A stretch of 64,000 bases of DNA from positions 50,034 through 114,033 of the forward strand of contig JAQTPY010000001.1 in assembly GCA_028712445.1 (NCBI GenBank). The letters run 5' to 3'. Source of the stretch: Minisyncoccota bacterium (lineage in GTDB: Bacteria > Patescibacteriota > Minisyncoccia > Minisyncoccales > RBG-13-42-11). The notes below the pieces were generated by a model that had not been told where the DNA came from, searched no databases, and saw only the letters and a program-made list of their open reading frames with translations. A program made the position numbers and the translations under genes. This document shows, one piece after another, positions 9,818-22,382 of this stretch (position 1 is the stretch's first letter; the number at the start of each line of letters is the position of its first letter).

Positions 9818-10075
9818 CTAAAGTTCTTGCTTGAGATTGAAATTTTTCAAGAGAAGAGTCAGTTTATTTTGGCGAAACATTAAAATTCCTCCTTCTGCTT
9901 CAAAAGATATTTCACCTTTTAGAGTCTTTATTTTCACTCTTCCTGGCTTCAAAACGGAAATTAAAGGAATGTGATTTCGAAGAACCGAAATCCTCCCCAT
10001 CATTGTGGGCAGTCCGATGGATTTGACTTCGTCCTGGAATTCTATTTTCTGAGGAGTGATAATTTCTACTTTCAT
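9818..10075 (-). CDS. atpC: F-type ATP synthase epsilon subunit.
   Basis: 85-aa beta-sandwich-like sequence directly downstream of atpD. Confidence 0.75.
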   Translation of the reverse strand: MKVEIITPQKIEFQDEVKSIGLPTMMGRISVLRNHIPLISVLKPGRVKIKTLKGEISFEAEGGILMFRQNKLTLLLKNFNLKQEL

Positions 10076-10079
10076 TTTA

Positions 10080-12361
<2,282 letters not shown>

Positions 12362-12378
12362 AAATTATAGGCAAGCCC

Positions 12379-13887
12379 TTATTTGTCAGAAGAAATTAAA
12401 CGTCCTTTTACTTTTAAAGCAGCTTTTTCTATTTTTGCCTCGGTTTCGGAATCCAAAACTCCTTCTTTCAATTTAACAAAGACTTCCGGCATCGTTCTTT
12501 CAATCTCTTCGATCAGCTCTTCTTTAAAGCTTTGAATTTTCTTTAAATCAACTTCGTCTAAAAGCCCCTTGGTGCCAGAAAAAATAATAACTATCTCTTT
12601 TTCAATCGGAAGAGGACACAAGTCGCCTTGTTTTAATATCTCTCTCATTATTTTTCCTCTCTCAATCGTCTTTTTCGTTTGAGAATCCAACTCTTCGGTG
12701 AATTCAGAAAATCTTTCCAGTTCCTGAAACTGGGCTAAGTCCAACTTCAGGGTTGCAGCAACTTTTTTCATTGCCGGCAGCTGGGCCTGAGAACCGACCC
12801 TGGAAACAGACTTTCCGATATCAATAGCAGGCCTCTGTCCTTTGTAAAAAAGCGGCGAATCCAAGAATATCTGCCCGTCGCAAATGGAAATCACATTGGT
12901 CGGAATATATCCTGAAATGTCTCCTGCCTGAGTTTCAATGATTGGCAATGCTGTCAAAGACCCTCCTCCTTTTTCTTTTGAAAGCTTGCCTGCTCTTTCC
13001 AATAACCTTGAGTGCAAATAAAAAATATCTCCTGGATATGCCTCTCTCCCCGGCGGCCTCCTTAAAACCAAGGATATTTCCCTCCAAGCCCATGACTGCT
13101 TGGTCAAATCATCAAAAATAACCAAAGCGTTTTCTCCTTTATCCCGGAAATATTCTCCTATAGTCACGCCTGCAAAAGGAGCCAAGTATAAAAAGCTAGC
13201 CGGATCGTCGGCTGAAGCGCAAACCACGATCGTATAATCTAAGGCTCCTTTTTTCTCCAAAGTATTTATTAATCTTTTTATTTTTGATTTTTTTTGGCCG
13301 CAAGCAACATAAACGCAAACCGGTCTCTTTTTTTCCGTTTTTTGATTTAAAATCGTGTCTATGATCAGCGCTGTTTTCCCGATACCTCTGTCTCCTAAAA
13401 TCAGTTCTCTCTGTCCTCTTCCGATAGGAGTTAAAGCGTCTATCGCTAAAATCCCGGTGTGCAAAGGTTCTCTAACCGGTTCTCTTTCAAAAACCGAGGG
13501 ACTCGTTCTTTCAATAGGCAAAAACTCTCCTGTTTTAATCTCTCCTTTTTCATCCAGAGGCCTCCCCAAAGGATCAATTACTCTGCCTAAAAGCTTTTCT
13601 CCGACAGGAACCGTCAACGTCTTTTTGGTCCTTTTAACCATATCTCCCTCTTTTAACCCCTCGCCGCGATCCAGCAAGGCAATACCCGTTTCGCTTTCTT
13701 CAAGATTTAAAACCAAACCGAAACTATTCCTGCTCTCAAATTCCACAATTTCAAAATTTTCCACTCCCTCCAGTCCTGATGCTTTGACTATGCCGTCTTT
13801 TATTTCAAGAATCTCACCGATTTCTTCTATCTTGGGTTTGAGCTTTAATTCCTCTAATTTCTTTTTAAAATCTTCTACTCTTTCCAT
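12379..13887 (-). CDS. atpA: F-type ATP synthase alpha subunit.
   Basis: GDRGIGKTALIIDTILNQ Walker A. Confidence 0.95.
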   Translation of the reverse strand: MERVEDFKKKLEELKLKPKIEEIGEILEIKDGIVKASGLEGVENFEIVEFESRNSFGLVLNLEESETGIALLDRGEGLKEGDMVKRTKKTLTVPVGEKLLGRVIDPLGRPLDEKGEIKTGEFLPIERTSPSVFEREPVREPLHTGILAIDALTPIGRGQRELILGDRGIGKTALIIDTILNQKTEKKRPVCVYVACGQKKSKIKRLINTLEKKGALDYTIVVCASADDPASFLYLAPFAGVTIGEYFRDKGENALVIFDDLTKQSWAWREISLVLRRPPGREAYPGDIFYLHSRLLERAGKLSKEKGGGSLTALPIIETQAGDISGYIPTNVISICDGQIFLDSPLFYKGQRPAIDIGKSVSRVGSQAQLPAMKKVAATLKLDLAQFQELERFSEFTEELDSQTKKTIERGKIMREILKQGDLCPLPIEKEIVIIFSGTKGLLDEVDLKKIQSFKEELIEEIERTMPEVFVKLKEGVLDSETEAKIEKAALKVKGRLISSDK

Positions 13888-13932
13888 GTTTAATAATTTT
13901 TTAATTTAATAATTTTCATAATCAAGTTTTGC

Positions 13933-14319
13933 TTAAAGGCAGGTTTTAAATTCGTTTAAAAAATCTTTAACTGAAGCTTTTATTAAAACATTTTCTGTTT
14001 TTACCCTGAAGCCACCAATAAGATTCTGATCAATAATTATATCTACTTCTTTGCCTTTGAATTTTTCTGAAAGGAAACTTTTTATTTTTTTAATTAAATC
14101 CGACTTCTGATCTTTGGCCAAAAAAAGTTTAATTCTCTGCCTTCTAGAAATCATTTCTTCAAATTTCTCTATCACTTTTGGTAAAAGATATTCTTTTTTG
14201 CGCTCCTTTAAAATACGTCTGAGATTTTCAGCCAATTTATTTTTCTCTTCTTCTTTTTTTCCTTCCTGCGCCAAAAAAAGAGCTTCTGCCAAATTTGAGA
14301 TGTACTTTTTTGTGTTCAT
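13933..14319 (-). CDS. atpH: F-type ATP synthase delta subunit (OSCP).
   Basis: Position in the operon and ~128-aa size. Confidence 0.65.
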   Translation of the reverse strand: MNTKKYISNLAEALFLAQEGKKEEEKNKLAENLRRILKERKKEYLLPKVIEKFEEMISRRQRIKLFLAKDQKSDLIKKIKSFLSEKFKGKEVDIIIDQNLIGGFRVKTENVLIKASVKDFLNEFKTCL

Positions 14320-14326
14320 TGGTGGT

Positions 14327-14812
14327 TTATTTTAGATCAGCAAGAATACCCTCTATCAGCTTCTGATCCTTTTTGAGATCTATTTTTTCCCCCAGAATTT
14401 TTTCAGACAAAAAGACTGCTAACTCTTTGGCTTCGTTTTTTTGCGTTTCCTTCTGTCTTTTTTTCTCCTCTTCCAACAATTTTTGGGCGGCCGTGATCAT
14501 TTTTTTCTTCTCTTCTTCGGCCGCCGCAACAATGGTGCCAGCTTTCACGTTGGCTCTTTCTTCGACTTCCTTAAAAGCTCTCCTTGCTTCTTCCTCCCCG
14601 CTTTTCTTTATTTTTTCAGAAAGGCTTCGGGTTTCTTGGAGAGTTTTTTCGGCTTCAACAGACTTTTTGACCCCCTCCTCTATCTTCTGCCTTCTTTTTT
14701 CCAAAACATTAAAGAAAGGTTTGTAAGCAAACCGTTTTAAGACATATAAGAGGATGGCAAAATTAATCAGCTGACCAACTAAAATTTTCCAATTAATACC
14801 TAATCCTTCCAT
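14327..14812 (-). CDS. atpF: F-type ATP synthase subunit b.
   Basis: N-terminal TM helix followed by a long charged coiled coil. Confidence 0.75.
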   Translation of the reverse strand: MEGLGINWKILVGQLINFAILLYVLKRFAYKPFFNVLEKRRQKIEEGVKKSVEAEKTLQETRSLSEKIKKSGEEEARRAFKEVEERANVKAGTIVAAAEEEKKKMITAAQKLLEEEKKRQKETQKNEAKELAVFLSEKILGEKIDLKKDQKLIEGILADLK

Positions 14813-14834
14813 AAAAGATTTTTACTTAAATTGA

Positions 14835-15340
<506 letters not shown>

Positions 15341-15351
<11 letters not shown>

Positions 15352-16081
15352 TTTGTGTAGCTGTATGATAAAAGATTACTGTTAAAGAAAAGAAGATGAA
15401 AGCCTGTATAAACGACACTAAAACTTCCAAAAAAAGGAAGGGGAGAGGCATGACGTAAGCAAAAAGATAAGAGATGACCATTAAAAGAACCTCCCCGGCA
15501 AAAAGATTGCCAAAAAGTCTGAAAGTCAAGGAAATAATCCTGCTGAACTCCCCCAGTCCTTCCAGAATTCCAACAAAAAATAAAATAGGACTCCTGAAAT
15601 TGAAAAACTTTTTTGAATAAGAAAAAAATCCAAGCTTGCATAAAGCCGCAATATTAACATAGGCCATGGCAAAAGCAGCCAGAGCAAAGGTGAAATTCAG
15701 ATCTGAGCTGGGAGACCTTATAAAATGAATTACTCCTACGCCGGGAACCAGCTCAATTAAATTAGAGGATAGTATTAAAAAGAAAAGAGTTGCTGCTAAA
15801 GGAAAAATTTCTTTACTCTTTGTTCTCGATCCCGTGATTGAATCTGTGAATTGGAAAAGGGTTTCCAGAGCCCATTCCACAAAATTCTGGACCTTGTGAG
15901 GAATAATCCTTAAATTTCTAAGAGACAACGAAAAAAGGGCTGCTATGCCCAGACTTAAAATTAAAACCAAAATATAAGTATTTGTAATTGATATTCCCGC
16001 AACTTCTACCACTTCTTCAGTTGGGATGCTAATTTCAGGTAAATACATAATCAATTTGGTGTTTTTTTCAAAACTTAGCAA
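15341..16081 (-). CDS. atpB: F-type ATP synthase subunit a.
   Basis: FRLFGNLFAGEVLL conserved arginine-containing helix. Confidence 0.85.
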
Positions 16082-16150
16082 AAGCTGGGGAAAGTATTAA
16101 GTTTTGAAAATACCCAAACAAAAGAAAGATACCTCAATTTCGAAAAATTG

Positions 16151-17347
16151 TCAACTGTTTAAAAGTTTTGACAATTCTTCTTTGGCGATTTTTCTGTCAT
16201 CCCAGGGGATCTTTTTTCCTCCTTTAACGCACATCCAGGGCTCGCATCCCTTGCCCGTGGTTAAAACAGCATCACCAATCATGGCTGATGTTATTGCCTC
16301 CCTTATTGCTTCCCTTCTGTCTAAAATAATTCTTACTTTTTTCTTATCTTTTATCCCTGAAATGATTTCCTGGGTGATTTTTTCAGGATCTTCGTCGTAT
16401 GGATCTTCATTGGTTAAAATTATCTCCTGACAATGATTTTCCGCAATTTCTCCCATTTTAGGCCTTTTCCATTTATCTCTTCCCCCTCCCGCCGACCCTA
16501 ACACGCAAATTTTCCTCGAAAACTCAAAGGATTTATAAACTTTTTCCAAAGCGTCGGGAACATGGGCATAATCCACTATTATTCTGAATGGACGTTCAGC
16601 CACTACTTCCATTCTACCGGGCAGCCCTTCAATTTTTTCAACCGCCTTTTTGCAAACCCCTAAGTTTATTCCCTGAGAAACACCTGCGCTGATTGCCGCC
16701 AAGGCATTGTACGTATTAAAACTTCCCAACAGCTTGATTTTTAGTTCCAAAGCCCGATTATTTATATCTCCCTGCTCTAATCCGTAAGTATATTTTTTTC
16801 TTGCAGAAAATTGCATAAAATAATCTGAATATTTGTCATCTCTGTTTATTATATGTACTCCTTTGACCGCCTGAAAAAGTCTTCCTTTTGCTTTCTTATA
16901 ATTCTCAAATCCTCCATGGCGCTCTATGTGTTCTGGAGATAGATTGGTAAAAACCGCTGTATTGAAATTTATGAATCTGTGGCGGTGCTGAATGATTCCT
17001 TCCGAGGTCACTTCCAAAATTGCAAATTTGCATCCTGAAACTACAGCTTCTTTTAAAAACTTCTGTATTTTCAATCGGCCAGGCATTGTCATTTTCAAAT
17101 TGTTTGGCTTCTCTGCATTGTTTATCTTGAATCTGATTGAAGACAAGGAAGCTACCTTAAAACCAGCTTCTAAAAAAATCTGGTGACAGAATTCCACAAC
17201 AGTAGATTTTCCTTTTGTGCCGGTTACTCCGATAACGATAAGTTTTCTTGAAGGAAAACCGTAAACTAAAGCTCCCGAAAAAACCAAAAGATAATGATAC
17301 CAACTTAACAAAAAGGGAGGGATGAAGCGTTTGATTAATTCTTTCAT
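16151..17347 (-). CDS. murE: Mur ligase-family protein, MurE-like, with a short N-terminus.
   Basis: GVTGTKGKST P-loop and DYAHVPDALEK, which matches the MurE DYAHTPDAL motif. Confidence 0.55.
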   Translation of the reverse strand: MKELIKRFIPPFLLSWYHYLLVFSGALVYGFPSRKLIVIGVTGTKGKSTVVEFCHQIFLEAGFKVASLSSIRFKINNAEKPNNLKMTMPGRLKIQKFLKEAVVSGCKFAILEVTSEGIIQHRHRFINFNTAVFTNLSPEHIERHGGFENYKKAKGRLFQAVKGVHIINRDDKYSDYFMQFSARKKYTYGLEQGDINNRALELKIKLLGSFNTYNALAAISAGVSQGINLGVCKKAVEKIEGLPGRMEVVAERPFRIIVDYAHVPDALEKVYKSFEFSRKICVLGSAGGGRDKWKRPKMGEIAENHCQEIILTNEDPYDEDPEKITQEIISGIKDKKKVRIILDRREAIREAITSAMIGDAVLTTGKGCEPWMCVKGGKKIPWDDRKIAKEELSKLLNS

Positions 17348-17478
17348 GCGTTTGGTTCTTAATTAAAGTTTAAAGGAATAATCTCAAAATGTAAATTTTT
17401 GCAATAGATAAAATTTATTTGAAAATTACCTTGAGATAAAGTCAATTTTAAGTTAAAATATTAAGTTGTTAAAGCAAA

Positions 17479-19416
17479 ATGTTTAGCTTAAAATCTTTTT
17501 ACAAGCCGACTGGAGATCAGCCGCAGGCAATTGAAAAACTGACTCAAAACATAATGGCTGGGGCAAAACACCAAGTGCTTTTGGGCGTCACGGGATCAGG
17601 AAAGACATTCACCACGGCCAAGGTCATAGAAAAATTAGAAAAACCGGCTCTAATCATATCTCACAATAAAACTCTGGCTGCCCAACTTTACCAGGAATTT
17701 AAAGATTATTTTCCCAACAATGCAGTTCATTATTTTGTCAGCTACTTTGATTACTACCAGCCTGAAGCGTATATACCTCAAACAGATACATATATTGAAA
17801 AAGATTCCAAGGTTAACGAAGAAATTGACCGTTTAAGACATGCGGCCACCCAGGATGTTTTAACCAGAAAAGATACGATAGTAATAGCTTCTGTTTCCTG
17901 TATCTATAATATAGGCTCGCCTGAAGATTATCAAAAAGTTTCTTTGGAAATAAAAGTGGGTCAAAAAATAAAAAGGAATCATTTCATCTCCCGCCTGACA
18001 GATCTCCAATATCAAAGAAACGATGTTGATTTTAAACCCGCCACCTTCAGGGTGAGAGGAAACGCAATTGACGTATATCTGGTCACGGGTAAGGAAATTA
18101 TAAGAATCGAATTTTTTGGAGACGAAATTGAAAAAGTCTCTTCAGCCTTTCCCGAAATAGAACCTAAATTCAAACTCCTGGATTCCAAATTTCATCTCTT
18201 TCCCGGCCATTTCTGGGTCACGCCTCAGGAAAAACTAAACATTGCCATAGAAAACATAGAAATTGAATTGCAGGAACAATTAAAAAAATTTCAAAAAGAG
18301 AATAAATTGCTCGAGGCCCAGAGACTAGAACAAAGAACAAATTATGACCTTGAAATGATGAAGGAGACGGGGTTTTGTCATGGAATAGAAAACTACTCAA
18401 GATATCTTGAGTTCAGAGAACCAGGAAAAGCCCCTTACACCTTAATAGACTATTTCCCAAAAGACTTTTTAGTTTTCATCGACGAGTCTCACATGACCCT
18501 CCCCCAAATAAGGGCCATGTCTGTCCAGGACAAAGCAAGAAAAAAAACTTTGGTTGAACACGGGTTCCGCCTGCCTTCCGCCATAGATAATCGGCCCTTA
18601 ACCTATGCTGAATTTGAAGAAAAAACTGAACGGAAAATCTATGTTTCCGCCACGCCCGCCAAAGAAGAAAGAATGAAATCAGAAAACTTTATCGTTGAGC
18701 AATTGATCAGACCAACTGGCCTTTTAGAGCCCCGGATTGAAATAAAACCAAGCACGGACCAGATGGAAGATTTGATAGGAAAAATCAAAAAAAGGATCGA
18801 AAAAAATCAAAAAACTTTAATTTTAACTCTGACTAAAAGGATGGCTGAAGCTTTGTCTGAATATCTTATTGAAAAAGGAATCAAAACTCAATGGCTGCAC
18901 GCTGAAATTAAGGCCCTGGAAAGACCGCAGATATTAAAAGATCTGAGAGAGGGAAAGTACGACGTTTTGGTGGGAATCAATCTTTTGAGAGAAGGGCTAG
19001 ATCTTCCTGAGGTTTCTTTGGTGGCAATCCTGGATGCCGACAAGGAAGGATTTTTAAGGAACGAAACCACTTTAATTCAAACCATGGGAAGAGCTGCGCG
19101 CCATCAAGAAGGATGCGTCATTCTCTATGCGGACAAAATGACAAAATCAATGGAGGCGGCAATTAGTGAAATTAAAAGGAGGAGAAAAATTCAGGAAGAT
19201 TATAATAAAAAACACAACATGACTCCTCAGCCGATTCGCAAAGAAATTAAAGCCTGGCCATTCTCAAAAAAAGAGGAGGTCTTCTCTGAATTCGAATCAA
19301 TCCGTGACATTAGACTCCTTGAAAAGGAAATGAAGGAAGCGGCGGAAGGATTGGATTTTGAAAGAGCAGCCGAGATAAGGGACTTGATAAAAAAGCTGAA
19401 ATCTGGTAGTTTATAG
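17479..19416 (+). CDS. uvrB: Excinuclease ABC subunit B.
   Basis: GVTGSGKTFT, helicase motifs, and a C-terminal UVR domain (ERAAEIRDLIKKL). TAG stop. Confidence 0.95.
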   Translation: MFSLKSFYKPTGDQPQAIEKLTQNIMAGAKHQVLLGVTGSGKTFTTAKVIEKLEKPALIISHNKTLAAQLYQEFKDYFPNNAVHYFVSYFDYYQPEAYIPQTDTYIEKDSKVNEEIDRLRHAATQDVLTRKDTIVIASVSCIYNIGSPEDYQKVSLEIKVGQKIKRNHFISRLTDLQYQRNDVDFKPATFRVRGNAIDVYLVTGKEIIRIEFFGDEIEKVSSAFPEIEPKFKLLDSKFHLFPGHFWVTPQEKLNIAIENIEIELQEQLKKFQKENKLLEAQRLEQRTNYDLEMMKETGFCHGIENYSRYLEFREPGKAPYTLIDYFPKDFLVFIDESHMTLPQIRAMSVQDKARKKTLVEHGFRLPSAIDNRPLTYAEFEEKTERKIYVSATPAKEERMKSENFIVEQLIRPTGLLEPRIEIKPSTDQMEDLIGKIKKRIEKNQKTLILTLTKRMAEALSEYLIEKGIKTQWLHAEIKALERPQILKDLREGKYDVLVGINLLREGLDLPEVSLVAILDADKEGFLRNETTLIQTMGRAARHQEGCVILYADKMTKSMEAAISEIKRRRKIQEDYNKKHNMTPQPIRKEIKAWPFSKKEEVFSEFESIRDIRLLEKEMKEAAEGLDFERAAEIRDLIKKLKSGSL

Positions 19417-19436
19417 AAGCGCATCGTTATAAAATT

Positions 19437-19700
19437 ATGGCAATAATAAAATCTGCAAAAAAAGCCCTTCGTCAAAGCATTAAGAGAAGAGCTAAAAATA
19501 TAAAAAAGAGGAGAGTTCTGAAAGACCTTTTAAGAGAGGTTAAAGATTTGTTGGCTGAAAAGAAAAATGAAGAGATAAAAAAGCTTCTGCCTAAAATCTA
19601 CAAAACTTTGGATAAGGCCGCCAAAAGCGGAATCATCAAAAAAGGAAATGCTGATCGAAAGAAGTCTAAAATAACCCTGGCTGTTTCCCGCAAATCGTAG
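19437..19700 (+). CDS. rpsT: 30S ribosomal protein S20.
   Basis: MAIIKSAKKALRQSIKRRAKN start, 87 aa. Confidence 0.85.
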   Translation: MAIIKSAKKALRQSIKRRAKNIKKRRVLKDLLREVKDLLAEKKNEEIKKLLPKIYKTLDKAAKSGIIKKGNADRKKSKITLAVSRKS

Positions 19701-19710
19701 GGTTTGCGTT

Positions 19711-20670
19711 TTAGATATCGCAAAGCAGGGAATCGATAGCAACTTCTGGCTTCAACTTGCCTGTTTTAATAGAAAAATCTGCCTGAAAAATCTTCTGGTA
19801 GATTTTTTTTAATTCAGGAAAGGAAAACTTCTGGGCCAGTTCCCAGCTTTTTCTTAAAACAAAAGGTTTTAATCCTGTTGCCTTAACGGCGTGATAATAA
19901 GGATAATTTTTATCAATCAAGTCCCTGACTAAAAGAAGATTTCTGAATTGATAATTTATCATATAAATAAGGTAAACGGGACTATCTCCTTTTTCCAGAT
20001 GATTGTGCATTAAAGATATGGCTTTTTTTCTATTTTTCTGAGCTATGGCGTCTATGGCTTCAAAAATATCCAGATCAATCTTGGGACTGACCAACAGATC
20101 TATATCTTTTGACCCGATTACATCCTTTCCTTTAAAACTGGCTAGTTTTTTGATTTCATTCTCCATCTGCCAGAGATCTGATCCTACATATTCGATCAAT
20201 TTTTTCTGAACCTCTTTGCCGGCCCTTCCTCCGAATTTAGCAAATTCATCATCAACCCAGGTTTCCAACTTTTCTCCTTCCAAGGGTTGAAATTCTTGAG
20301 TCTTGGCTTCTTTTTTAAGATATTTCAAAAACCGGTCTCTGGCGTCAACCTTACTCCCTTGGAAAAATACAATTATATTTTCTCCGAAAGAAAATTTCTT
20401 TGTATTTTCAAGAAAGTCATCTTTGAATTTTTGATTTAAAAAAGCATCTGCCAAAACTATCAACTTCTTTTCGGCAAAAATGGAGCTTTGCTGCAATTCG
20501 TTCTTAAGGTCCAAGAAAGATAAATTTTTTGCATCAAAATATCTTAAAGACAAACCCTTTTTGTTGGCTTTTTTGTATTCTTCGATTATTTCGTTTAATT
20601 TCTGGCGAGAACTGAAAGTATCTTCACCGTAAAGAAAGATGATCATACGCAAACTTTTTATTTCTGACAA
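19711..20670 (-). CDS. holA: DNA polymerase III delta subunit.
   Basis: N-terminal IIFLYGEDTF...I.EY pattern and a length of 319 aa. Confidence 0.55.
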   Translation of the reverse strand: MSEIKSLRMIIFLYGEDTFSSRQKLNEIIEEYKKANKKGLSLRYFDAKNLSFLDLKNELQQSSIFAEKKLIVLADAFLNQKFKDDFLENTKKFSFGENIIVFFQGSKVDARDRFLKYLKKEAKTQEFQPLEGEKLETWVDDEFAKFGGRAGKEVQKKLIEYVGSDLWQMENEIKKLASFKGKDVIGSKDIDLLVSPKIDLDIFEAIDAIAQKNRKKAISLMHNHLEKGDSPVYLIYMINYQFRNLLLVRDLIDKNYPYYHAVKATGLKPFVLRKSWELAQKFSFPELKKIYQKIFQADFSIKTGKLKPEVAIDSLLCDI

Positions 20671-21536
20671 GAAGGACAGTAATGGGCTGATCTGCCATCA
20701 ATCTTAATTCTTTTTACAACTCCTCCGCAGCGGCCGGGACACGGCTCCCCTGTTTTTCGATATACCTTTCTTGCTTTATCATAATACCCTTTTTCGCCGT
20801 CAATCCGCCTGTAATCAGAAAATGATTCTCCGCCCAGCCTTATAGCTAGAGACAATATTTTCTTTGTTGCCTTGTAGATTCTTTTTAACTCAAATTCGGA
20901 AAGTTGGGAAACGTCTCTTAGGGGAGAAATTTTTGCGGCAAAAAGTATCTCGTCTGAATAAATATTGCCGATTCCCACCAATAACCGCTGATCCATTAAA
21001 ATTTTCTTGATCTTTCCTTTTTTTCCTTTAAAACGCTCTTTAAAATCATTGAAGGCAAAAGATGGGCTCAGAGGCTCCGGCCCCAGTAAATTAAATTCCT
21101 TTGAATTTTCCAATTCTCCTTTATCCCAAAGTTCAGCTTTGGCAAATTTCCTAAGATCAGACAAGGCCAACATCTTCCCGTTGTCCAAAAAGAAAATAAG
21201 ATGGATATAAGTGTTGATTTTATCAGAAAGAGGCCCCTTAGGAGGAATCCAATGATTATTTGTTTTTTGCCATTTGCCCAAAAGGAAATGGCCGGTCAAT
21301 TTTTGATGGACTAGCAAAACTTTCCCGTCAGAAAGATTAAAAATAATATTTTTCCCTCTCCGTCGAATGTTCTCTATTCCCCTTCCCTTAAGCCCTTTTT
21401 TAAACAGTTCGAAATTTTCGGGCTTTTTGATTATTTTCGGAGAATCAGTCCAAACATCAACAAAGATCCGTTTGCGGATCTTTGCATTTAAATCTCTGAC
21501 GATTGTCTCTACTTCAGGAAGCTCGGGCATTATCAC
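20658..21536 (-). CDS. mutM: Formamidopyrimidine-DNA glycosylase.
   Basis: MPELPEVETI N-terminus and a C-terminal CPSCQK zinc finger. Confidence 0.85.
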   Translation of the reverse strand: MIMPELPEVETIVRDLNAKIRKRIFVDVWTDSPKIIKKPENFELFKKGLKGRGIENIRRRGKNIIFNLSDGKVLLVHQKLTGHFLLGKWQKTNNHWIPPKGPLSDKINTYIHLIFFLDNGKMLALSDLRKFAKAELWDKGELENSKEFNLLGPEPLSPSFAFNDFKERFKGKKGKIKKILMDQRLLVGIGNIYSDEILFAAKISPLRDVSQLSEFELKRIYKATKKILSLAIRLGGESFSDYRRIDGEKGYYDKARKVYRKTGEPCPGRCGGVVKRIKIDGRSAHYCPSCQK

Positions 21537-21901
21537 TTAATGATATTTTTTATCTTTTCAATTATTTCACCCGGAGTAAAATGAGCTTTAATCAGATAGT
21601 CTGCTGCCCCCAGCTTCAAACCTCTTTCTACGTCTTCTTTTTGGCCAAGATTAGACAAAATTATAACTGGAATGGGAGGATTTTCTTTATCGGCCCTCAT
21701 TCTGGTTAAAACTTCGAATCCATCTATGCCTGGCAAAATGAGATCCAATAAAATTATGTCCGGCTTCTCTTCTTTTGCTTTTTTGACCCCCTCTTCACCA
21801 TCGATTGCTTCGACTATTTCATAACCCTCTTTCAAAAGCTTCTGAGAAATCAGTTCTCTCAAAAATTTGTCGTCTTCAATTATAAGGATTTTGATTTTCA
21901 T
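21533..21901 (-). CDS. Stand-alone response-regulator receiver domain protein.
   Basis: KILIIEDD ... DLILPGIDG ... K, 122 aa with no output domain. Confidence 0.7.
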   Translation of the reverse strand: MKIKILIIEDDKFLRELISQKLLKEGYEIVEAIDGEEGVKKAKEEKPDIILLDLILPGIDGFEVLTRMRADKENPPIPVIILSNLGQKEDVERGLKLGAADYLIKAHFTPGEIIEKIKNIIK

Positions 21902-21961
21902 ATGCGTCCTTGGTTTCGAAGAATTTTCATGACCATAAATTATTTAAGAATTTATCATGCT

Positions 21962-22369
21962 TTATAAAGGAAGCTGTTTTCTTACCTTGGCGATCACTTC
22001 CTGAGGATTAAAATCTGTTTTTACCAGCCAGTCTTTGGCCCCTAGCTTCTGAGCCCGGTCTATTTCCACCGGCTGTCCCGAATTGGAAATAATTATAATA
22101 GGAATCTTATTCAAAGATTCGTCTCTGCTCATTTCCTCCATTACTTCATATCCTCCCTTTTTAGGCATGATGATGTCTAGGAGAACCAGGTCGGGAATAA
22201 ATTCTTTCATCATATCTAACCCTTCCTCGCCATTCCGAGCCACTGAAATATCGTACCCCTCCTGGGCAAGTTTCCTCTGCAGAAGATCCAGCATTATTTC
22301 TTCGTCCTCAATCAATAAAATTTTATTGTTTGAATTGTTTTTCTTTTTCATGCTGATTGGCCCTAGCAA
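21962..22369 (-). CDS. Stand-alone response-regulator receiver domain protein.
   Basis: ILLIEDEE ... DIIMPKKGG, 135 aa. Confidence 0.7.
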   Translation of the reverse strand: MLGPISMKKKNNSNNKILLIEDEEIMLDLLQRKLAQEGYDISVARNGEEGLDMMKEFIPDLVLLDIIMPKKGGYEVMEEMSRDESLNKIPIIIISNSGQPVEIDRAQKLGAKDWLVKTDFNPQEVIAKVRKQLPL

Positions 22370-22382
22370 TCTTTAATTTATT

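Noticed and set aside
13355-13909. 184-aa plus-strand ORF rich in Ser/Pro/Lys, antisense to atpA. Similar antisense ORFs occur at 11023-11364, 14373-14740, 23155-23793, 44324-45364 and 54239-54898.
   Set aside because: They lie wholly inside well-supported conserved genes on the opposite strand and have low-complexity composition typical of antisense frames in AT-rich DNA.
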